Source of the DNA: Candidatus Thermosaccharophagus tengchongensis
GTDB lineage: Bacteria > Armatimonadota > Fervidibacteria > Fervidibacterales > Thermosaccharophagaceae
Reading direction: 5' to 3' (one strand)
Assembly: GCA_032161105.1 (NCBI GenBank)
Contig: JAVHTD010000016.1
DNA length: 64,000 nucleotides
Shown: positions 57,460-64,000 of the stretch, piece by piece
Layout of the letters: every line of letters begins with the position of its first letter
Position numbering within the stretch: position 1 is the first letter of the stretch
Made by a program: the position numbers and the translations under genes
The notes under the pieces: model-generated
Database searches by the model: none
Told to the model about the DNA's origin: nothing
The model's input: only the letters and a program-made list of their open reading frames with translations

Positions 57460-58623
57460 TCATTCAGCCAGCCTCTTCGCCCTCCACTCACCCTTAGCCT
57501 CCCACGCCTCGCATCTCACTTCGCCAATCATCTCCTTGCCCTCAACGAACCCAGTGAAGGTCAATTCCCTCTCGCCCTTTTGGGTGTGCAGTTTGACCGA
57601 GAAGCGCACGCATGCGCCCCAAACATACGAATCCCAAATCGCCGTCTCAACTCCATCAGACACAAGCGTCAATGTCGGTATGCCGCGCTCATCGCGCCCG
57701 ATGGTCAGCTGCCCCGTCAAGTCACCATCCGGCGTCTTTGCCGCCCATGTCCATCTCCCGACAATGTCAACTCGCGTGCGCCGCGCATTCCAACTGAGCG
57801 ATGCACCGTCAATGGTCTGCGTTCCGTTAATTGTGTCACCGCTCACCTTACCATTGAATGCCATCTTGACCTCTTTCCCACCAACAGAAGCCGTAGCTGA
57901 GAATGAGACTTCGTTTCCGGTTACCTTGCCATCAGATATCTCGCATGCGGTTTCACCGATGCTCAATGTCCCGCTCAACTTCTGGAACTCCTGTTTCAAC
58001 CTGAGCGTGCACTCAAGCGATTTGTCATTGATGACCGTCTTCCAACGCCATACGCCAGCTACGCCGGCTGGGACTACCCAGTAATAAAGCGTGCGTTGGT
58101 AATCAACATTCACATGCACAACTTTGTCCGCTTCCCAGTCGCCCATTGAATAGTTGTGGGAGACAATCCTCACGCCCGGCTTAAGCTCCCTCAAAAGCTT
58201 TGGGCGCAACTTTAGCATCGCTGATGGGAGCACATAGAGTGTGACGACTGTGGCATCTCTCACATCGCTCTTCATCGCGTCCTCGGCTATGAAATGCACC
58301 TTATCTGAGACGCCCTCCCTCTTTGCACTCTCCTTGCACTTCTCTATCAAGCCCGCATCAATGTCAATGCCGACTCCCCTCGCCCCGAACTTCTTTGCAG
58401 CCATGATGACTATCCTTCCATCACCGCAGCCGAGGTCGTAAACGACATCGTCCTTTGTCACATTGGCGAGCTTGAGCATTTCCTCAACCACCGGCATCGG
58501 CGTTGGAACGAACGGACCAAACGACACCTCAGGTTGAGCTGCACTGCAGCGCCCGTGGGAGAGAAGCACGAAAATTGAGAGGGACATACCGAGCAGCGTT
58601 GCCATCACTACGCTGCGCCTCAT
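57460..58623 (-). CDS. Class I SAM-dependent methyltransferase with signal peptide and two C-terminal beta-rich repeats
   Basis: Hydrophobic leader; PFVPTP..VV..ML..A.V...DVVYDLGCGDGRIV, GIDID, ATVVTLY.L, L.PG.RIVSH; repeats VAGVWRW / IVGRWTW. ATG at 58623. Confidence 0.85.
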   Translation of the reverse strand: MRRSVVMATLLGMSLSIFVLLSHGRCSAAQPEVSFGPFVPTPMPVVEEMLKLANVTKDDVVYDLGCGDGRIVIMAAKKFGARGVGIDIDAGLIEKCKESAKREGVSDKVHFIAEDAMKSDVRDATVVTLYVLPSAMLKLRPKLLRELKPGVRIVSHNYSMGDWEADKVVHVNVDYQRTLYYWVVPAGVAGVWRWKTVINDKSLECTLRLKQEFQKLSGTLSIGETACEISDGKVTGNEVSFSATASVGGKEVKMAFNGKVSGDTINGTQTIDGASLSWNARRTRVDIVGRWTWAAKTPDGDLTGQLTIGRDERGIPTLTLVSDGVETAIWDSYVWGACVRFSVKLHTQKGERELTFTGFVEGKEMIGEVRCEAWEAKGEWRAKRLAE

Positions 58624-58666
58624 CTCACACCACCCCTTTTGGTTGAAGTTGCAAAGCATATGCCGA

Positions 58667-60046
58667 TCAAGTTTGGCGTCTCTCCGCCATTGAAGTCACA
58701 AAGTAGAATGGCACGGAGAGCAGCAACACGCCAACGCCAATAAGGGCATACAGCCGCCCGAACCGGAGCGTGTATGCGAGGCTTGAATACAGCATATAGG
58801 TGCACATCCCGCAGAAGAGGAGCAGCGTTAGCGGGAGCAATGGCACTTTGAATGGGCGCACAACATCCCTATCCCTATAGCGCAGCACTATGATTGACAG
58901 ACCAGTTAGGAGCATGAAGAGCCAAAAGACGGGCGCAGTATATTCAACCATGTTTTCAAAGCCGCGCCTATAGCCCTCACCAAAACACGAAAGCAGGATC
59001 AGCGCAAGGCAAATTGCCCCTTGAGCTATGAGGGCATTTGATGGTGTTGAGAAACGGCTGTGCCATGTCCCAAGCCAGCGCAACCCGAGGTAGTCACTCC
59101 CGAGGGCATAGATGCTCCTTGCGCCGGTGAATATCGTCCCATTTGTTGCGCCGAGCGCCGATATAGCTACAAACGCACTCACGAAGCGCCCGCCAACTTC
59201 ACCAAGCGCACTTGATACGGCATCGGATGCGACGATGGCGCTATCTCGCATCCTCTCAAATGAAAGCAACCTCAGGTAGGCAATGTTGACGAGCACATAA
59301 ATGGCGGTGAGCGTGAGCATGCTCGCCACTATAGCCCTGACCATGTTCCTGTGCGCATCTTTCAACTCGCCGGCGACAAAAGCAACTTCATTCCAACCAC
59401 CGTAGGTGTAAAGCACAAAGACCATCGCAAGCCCGAATGCAGCCCAATTGAACCTGCCAAGCCCTGCTGAGCCCTCACCGGGAGCTGCAGGCAAGCTGCG
59501 GCTTGGGAAGAACAAACCCAATGCGACTATGCTCAGCAACGCCAGCACCTTTGCTGTCGTGAGGACATTCTGAGTCCACTTGCCCTGTTGCACTCCGATG
59601 ACATTTATTGCCGTGAGCACGAGCGTTATCAGGGCTGCGTAAATCGTTGATGAGAATTTTCCAAGGCTGATCAGGTTGCTCATGTAATCTCCGAACGCGT
59701 ATGCGAGCGCGACTATTGAGCCAGTCTGTATCACGCTCAGCCTCGCCCAAACAAAAGCGAATCCGACAAACCTTCCGTATGCCCGTTTCAAGTAGATGTA
59801 ATCTCCGCCGGCATACGGATATGTGCTGGCAAGCTCAGCATAGCAAAGTGAACCCGCTATGCAGAGCAAGCCACCAATCAGCCAAGCAAGCAACATCCAT
59901 GAAGCGTTTGGTGTATTCTTGGCGATCTCACCCGGCGACCTGAATATGCCGACGCCAATGACTATCCCGACAACGATGCACACAACATCAAACACATTCA
60001 AGACGCGCCTCGGCGCTGAAACCAAATCTTCGCCCACCTCACTCAC
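58667..60046 (-). CDS. APC-superfamily amino acid permease
   Basis: VG.VIG.GIF.SP, YAEL....P.AGG.Y.YL..AYG, YGGWNE...AGE.K, RPFKVP; about 12 TM helices. Confidence 0.93.
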   Translation of the reverse strand: MSEVGEDLVSAPRRVLNVFDVVCIVVGIVIGVGIFRSPGEIAKNTPNASWMLLAWLIGGLLCIAGSLCYAELASTYPYAGGDYIYLKRAYGRFVGFAFVWARLSVIQTGSIVALAYAFGDYMSNLISLGKFSSTIYAALITLVLTAINVIGVQQGKWTQNVLTTAKVLALLSIVALGLFFPSRSLPAAPGEGSAGLGRFNWAAFGLAMVFVLYTYGGWNEVAFVAGELKDAHRNMVRAIVASMLTLTAIYVLVNIAYLRLLSFERMRDSAIVASDAVSSALGEVGGRFVSAFVAISALGATNGTIFTGARSIYALGSDYLGLRWLGTWHSRFSTPSNALIAQGAICLALILLSCFGEGYRRGFENMVEYTAPVFWLFMLLTGLSIIVLRYRDRDVVRPFKVPLLPLTLLLFCGMCTYMLYSSLAYTLRFGRLYALIGVGVLLLSVPFYFVTSMAERRQT

Positions 60047-60246
60047 CCCCCGAATGGAAGAGAAGCTAACACCTCAACACAAGTCGCAAACTCATTTTGG
60101 CGCATTCACGCGACATGCACTTACAAGGTGCATTACAATCCAGTTGCAGCATGATGCTTATAACATTTCCCGTGCGCCGCCAACCACAAAATGCGACCGA
60201 AAAAAAATGGGGACAGTTTCACACGCCGTGAGAGGAGTGGTAAACG

Positions 60247-60765
60247 ATGACCTACGAGATGTTTCGTTCCATCGTAGTGGCAAATGGTGCGGAGATAATG
60301 ATGGCTCTCGCTCTTGTGTGTCTCATTGAGCTTGCTGCAGTAGTCATACTCTCAAGGAGACTGCGCAGCCTGAACGGGCTGCTTGATAGGCTCACATCTG
60401 GGATTGAGCCGCCAAGCTTTAGTGAAGCCATCGCAAGGCTGTTTGAAAGCATTGAGCGCATAAGCGGCGATGTGCGCTCGTTGCAGCGCTCAGTTGATGA
60501 GCTGTCCGAAAAGCAGCGCCGCTGTTTGCAGCACATCGGCATCGTGCGCTTTGATGCATTCCAAGATGTAGGTGGGCAGCAAAGCTTCTCGCTCGCCGTC
60601 CTTGATGGCTTGGGCAACGGCGCTGTCATAACATCGCTCTTTGGGAGGCATGAAAGCAGATGCTTCGCCAAGCCAATAATCGGAGGCAAGTCCTCGTTTC
60701 GCCTTACGGAGGAGGAATTGGAAGCGATGCGCTTGGCTGTCTCGTCAAATAAAACGGATGGGTGA
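60247..60765 (+). CDS. DUF4446 family membrane-anchored protein
   Basis: N-terminal TM, coiled coil, QHIGIVRFDAF.DVGG.QSFSLAVLD..GNG.V.TSL.GR.ESR.FAKPI..G.S...LT.EE. Confidence 0.88.
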   Translation: MTYEMFRSIVVANGAEIMMALALVCLIELAAVVILSRRLRSLNGLLDRLTSGIEPPSFSEAIARLFESIERISGDVRSLQRSVDELSEKQRRCLQHIGIVRFDAFQDVGGQQSFSLAVLDGLGNGAVITSLFGRHESRCFAKPIIGGKSSFRLTEEELEAMRLAVSSNKTDG

Positions 60766-61492
60766 TAAAACCTTGTCCTTGGGCACACATGCGATGGGCA
60801 AAGAGCTTTTTCACCGAGACAACAATTTGTGCATTGCAACAAAATCACTCACACCTTTCCTCACGATCGCGCTTGCCGCAATCATACATGGGTGCGCACG
60901 CTATCCAGAATTAGCCAAACCACCGGGCATCAACAGGCTCACTGTCAAATTTGAAGTTGCCGGAGAGCTCAAGCCTGAGGCTTATTACTTCATCGCATTT
61001 GACGATGACGACGACGCGCTTGACGGACCGTTGCCAGCCGTCGTCAGACCGTTTGGCAACGGCTGGGGCACTGGCTCATTCACGCGCTTCATTGAAATCC
61101 ATCTTGGACGGGCGACACTTTACGAGGTCAATCCGCAAGACCCATACCAACCCGTGCTCATCGGCTATCCGATTGGATTTGAGTTGGGTGCGAGAGGCGT
61201 GTCCGTAACCGTTGACATGGACACATTCTTCAGAAACGGCATCCCGAGTGCCATTGACTTCAACATCATCGCTGTGGACGAAATCATCCTCAACCCGGAT
61301 TACCAAGGCATCAGAAGTTATGACGCCCTCGGACCAAGGGGAAATGATTATGTCACCATACCCCTTCGCGCAACAGCCGAGTATCGCAATGGACAGGGCT
61401 TCATACGCGAAATCAGCGGCGATGCAGTGCCAGCCGACGCAGACCACCTTGACATTGTTGACTGGTCAATAAGCGTTGTGCGGAGCCGGTGA
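60758..61492 (+). CDS. Hypothetical lipoprotein
   Basis: Hydrophobic stretch ending in a lipobox-like IHGC; acidic beta-rich body; overlaps both neighbours as in an operon. Confidence 0.7.
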   Translation: MGDKTLSLGTHAMGKELFHRDNNLCIATKSLTPFLTIALAAIIHGCARYPELAKPPGINRLTVKFEVAGELKPEAYYFIAFDDDDDALDGPLPAVVRPFGNGWGTGSFTRFIEIHLGRATLYEVNPQDPYQPVLIGYPIGFELGARGVSVTVDMDTFFRNGIPSAIDFNIIAVDEIILNPDYQGIRSYDALGPRGNDYVTIPLRATAEYRNGQGFIREISGDAVPADADHLDIVDWSISVVRSR

Positions 61493-62558
61493 TGGCTTGG
61501 GGGTGTGGGAATTGCAAAGGCTGGCTGAGGTGCTACTTCCAATCGCGCTTTCGGCATTGCTCACCGTCGCAGTGATGTTCTCAGCGTGGCTATTTGTGCC
61601 ATTCAATGTCGGGCACGGTAGGAGCATACGAGTGCATCTTGGGGCAACGATTGAAGATGTGGTCAATGAGATGGCATCCCTCAAAATGCATCGTCCGGTG
61701 TGGCTGCTCAAAACTTGCATGCGCGCGTTGGGCATCAAGAGGCGATTGAAAGCCGGTTGGTATGACCTCGGAGAACGCGCATCAAGGTTTGATGTGCTCA
61801 TGGCATTGATGAAAGGGAAACCAAGACTCGCACGGGTGACCATACCGCCGGGGTTGATGGCGCACGAAATTGCGTCAAGGCTTGAGAGGCTTGAGCTCGT
61901 TGATGCGCATCGCTTCATGAGCTTGGTGGAAAACCCGCCCGATGAGTTGAGAAAACCGTGGCTGCCACAGGGGAAGCCGCTTGAGGGTTTTCTGTTCCCC
62001 GAGACATACTTCCTTCCACCACTGCGCCCCGGCGGGGACGAAGCATATGCCATTGAGGTCATGCTAAGGGAGTTTGAGAGGCAATTCATAAAGCCGCATC
62101 AGGATATGCTTGAAGCACACGGCATTTCAATCTACGAGGTTGTAACGCTCGCCTCAATGGTGGAGCTTGAAGCCAAAGTTGATGATGAGCGCCCAATCAT
62201 TGCCGGCGTGCTGCTGAATAGACTCAGGTTGTGCATGCCATTGCAATGCGACGCCACAATCTTTTACGCCATCAAGAAGCGCAAACACAGGATAACATAC
62301 TCGGACTTGCAGCTCAACTCACCCTACAACACTTACAAACACAAAGGCTTACCACCAACACCAATTTGCAATCCCAGTTTGAAGTCGCTGCAGGCGGCAT
62401 TGAAGCCCGCAGATGTTGATTACCTCTACTATGTCGCTCGCGGTGACGGCAGGCACACCTTCTCACGCACATACGAAGAGCATCTTAAAGCTGTAAAGCG
62501 ATGGCGCAAGGTGCAGCGCCAAATTCTGGAAAGGGTGGAGGCGGCGGCTTTGAAGTGA
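61476..62558 (+). CDS. mltG: Endolytic transglycosylase MltG
   Basis: N-terminal TM, LEGFLFPETY, LASMVE.E, IAGV..NRL...M.LQCDAT, SPYNTY...GLPPTPICNP, YLYYV....G.H.FS.TY.EH. Start approximate. Confidence 0.95.
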   Translation: MCGAGDGLGVWELQRLAEVLLPIALSALLTVAVMFSAWLFVPFNVGHGRSIRVHLGATIEDVVNEMASLKMHRPVWLLKTCMRALGIKRRLKAGWYDLGERASRFDVLMALMKGKPRLARVTIPPGLMAHEIASRLERLELVDAHRFMSLVENPPDELRKPWLPQGKPLEGFLFPETYFLPPLRPGGDEAYAIEVMLREFERQFIKPHQDMLEAHGISIYEVVTLASMVELEAKVDDERPIIAGVLLNRLRLCMPLQCDATIFYAIKKRKHRITYSDLQLNSPYNTYKHKGLPPTPICNPSLKSLQAALKPADVDYLYYVARGDGRHTFSRTYEEHLKAVKRWRKVQRQILERVEAAALK

Positions 62559-62623
62559 GCGAATGCACGCATTTATGCCGTGAACTTCTCGTGAGGCGTC
62601 ATTGGTGGCAAGGTGGATATGCC

Positions 62624-63187
62624 ATGCTGAAGTGGATCGTGGAGCGAGTCATTGTGCCCTATTTGCTTCCCGACTTCCATGCGGAGTCGGCAATTGACAT
62701 ATCGCCGAATTGGTTGCGCTCGCTCGGAGTAAAGGTCGTCTTCGTTGACTTGGACAACACGCTGACACCGACAGGCTTGTGGGGTGTGGGCAACAGCGAA
62801 AGGAAGTGGGTTGAGCAACTCATCCTTTGCGGGATGAAAGTCTACATTGTCTCAAATGAGGCGCGCTCAAGGAGAGTTGCATATATAGCGAACTCACTCA
62901 ATGTGCAATACATCGCACCCGCTTGGAAGCCACGCACATCGTTGATAAGGCGTATACTTGAAGCCAACTCCATAGACCCGCGCGATGCCGCAATGATTGG
63001 CGATCAGCTGTTTACAGATGTGCTCATGGCTAAGAGGCTCGGCATGCTCACCATTCTCGTTAAACCGATGACCAACATCAGCTTCATCACGACGAAGGTG
63101 ATGCGCTTCTTTGAGCGTCCCCTGCTCAGGTGGATGCACCGAACCGAATTCCATTCAAATACCCACAAATGGAAAAGGGCGAGGTAA
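62624..63187 (+). CDS. yqeG: YqeG-family HAD IIIA phosphatase
   Basis: DLDNTL, IVSN, A.KP, MIGDQLFTDV....RLG..TILV.P; ATG at 62624. Confidence 0.88.
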   Translation: MLKWIVERVIVPYLLPDFHAESAIDISPNWLRSLGVKVVFVDLDNTLTPTGLWGVGNSERKWVEQLILCGMKVYIVSNEARSRRVAYIANSLNVQYIAPAWKPRTSLIRRILEANSIDPRDAAMIGDQLFTDVLMAKRLGMLTILVKPMTNISFITTKVMRFFERPLLRWMHRTEFHSNTHKWKRAR

Positions 63188-63261
63188 CCCCTCTGCGCCA
63201 CCTCGCCCTCATCAAATGGAAATCTCACGCATCAAACGCCATTAAGCTCATTTCCTCAACC

Positions 63262-63471
63262 TTACCTCGGACCCGGTTTTGGACCCGGCGGCATTGAACC
63301 CGGACCCGGCGGTCCATACATTGGTCCAGGACCCATTATACCCGTCATCATCGGTCCGGGTGGACCCACTGGCGTTGGTGGTTTGAATGCCCTTATTGCC
63401 TGCCACACCACAACTACAATCGCCACCAGCCCGATAACAATCACAACAACCTGCCACGGCTTCACTTGCAT
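63262..63471 (-). CDS. 69-aa single-pass membrane protein with Pro/Gly-rich tail
   Basis: RBS GGGGGTGA; TM VVVIVIGLVAIVVVVW; tail of GPPGP/GPGP repeats; consensus promoter upstream. Confidence 0.75.
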   Translation of the reverse strand: MQVKPWQVVVIVIGLVAIVVVVWQAIRAFKPPTPVGPPGPMMTGIMGPGPMYGPPGPGSMPPGPKPGPR

Positions 63472-63533
63472 TTCCGATCACCCCCTGCCACTTTATGAGG
63501 CGTTTTACTTTATTGGGCGTTGGTCAAGTCATT

Positions 63534-63563
63534 ATTATACTCACTCGCAAAGAGCGTTGTCAA
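63534..63563 (-). promoter_or_regulatory. Consensus sigma70-type promoter TTGACA-N18-TATAAT
   Basis: Minus-strand TTGACA at 63563-63558 and TATAAT at 63539-63534, about 60 nt upstream of the ATG at 63471. Confidence 0.8.
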
Positions 63564-63611
63564 GCCATGGCGCTTTCGCACGATGGGCAGCGCCAAATGC
63601 GCTTAACCTCC

Positions 63612-64000
63612 TCACCTCGGGAATATAATCCTTCGCTGACCCTCGTGCTCCGTTGTGCTCTTCAAACGAGCTATAAACTCACCGAGTGAGTGCGGCTTCA
63701 CCGACGCCCTCAAAGTCCGTATGAAAGCCCGTTTGTCATCTGAGCGGTGAGCAATTGCTTCAGCTTCCTGCTTTATCACCCTCAGGGCACGAATAAGAGC
63801 TGCATTGTGTGGGAAGTTGATTTCGCCCCTCATGACGCTCACATTGTCCGTCAAGGCTTTAACCAGCGGCATTAAATGCTCCGGCAGCTGCGGCGTTACC
63901 CTTACACCCTGTGCCATTTCGCGGTGAACGGCATCCTCAAGCGCACCCAAGACAGAAATCACATCTTCATCGGTGACATCAGGGTGGGTTGAAGTGTAAG
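63612..64000 (-). CDS. Hypothetical protein, 5'-truncated by the window edge
   Basis: Frame is open to the edge (YTSTHPDVTDEDVISVLGALED...RRIIFPR). Confidence 0.6.
   Translation of the reverse strand, partial: YTSTHPDVTDEDVISVLGALEDAVHREMAQGVRVTPQLPEHLMPLVKALTDNVSVMRGEINFPHNAALIRALRVIKQEAEAIAHRSDDKRAFIRTLRASVKPHSLGEFIARLKSTTEHEGQRRIIFPR

Noticed and set aside
57392..58084. 230-aa plus-strand ORF
   Set aside because: Antisense to the methyltransferase gene; no recognisable features.
60252..62089. Minus-strand ORFs of 198, 123 and 207 aa
   Set aside because: Shadows of DUF4446, the lipoprotein and mltG.
1..64000. CRISPR array, IS element, prophage or defence island
   Set aside because: No regularly spaced repeats, transposase, integrase or phage genes seen. 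The dGTPase looks like the housekeeping type beside glyS, not a defence gene.

Overview
A gene-dense bacterial chromosomal segment of about 50 CDS. I found no rRNA, tRNA, CRISPR array, transposase or prophage. Gene content suggests a polysaccharide-degrading diderm, possibly Armatimonadota-like (inference only): three DUF6785-type membrane proteins, two UroD-like and two PmoA/DUF6807-like paralogs, Tat-exported oxidoreductases and large secreted glycoside hydrolases. Housekeeping genes (argH, argB, rsmI, dgt, glyS, feoAB, mltG) are interleaved with glycan-utilisation and envelope genes. The most striking item is a 985-aa PilB/GspE ATPase with an N-terminal MshEN c-di-GMP-binding motif, fused to a double zinc ribbon, a GAF domain and a catalytically degenerate HD-GYP domain. 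It lies downstream of a MoxR-DUF58-transglutaminase operon and a DUF151 nuclease with a twin-arginine leader. Other highlights: two small genes missed by the ORF track (a bS22/AURKAIP1-like basic peptide and a 29-aa membrane peptide), a Tat oxidoreductase/tetraheme cytochrome pair, a possible redox glycoside-cleavage cluster, an exported SAM methyltransferase beside an APC permease, a perfect palindromic operator in front of feoAB, REP-like repeats and apparent avoidance of several 4-bp palindromes. All family assignments come from recognising motifs by eye; no database search was run.
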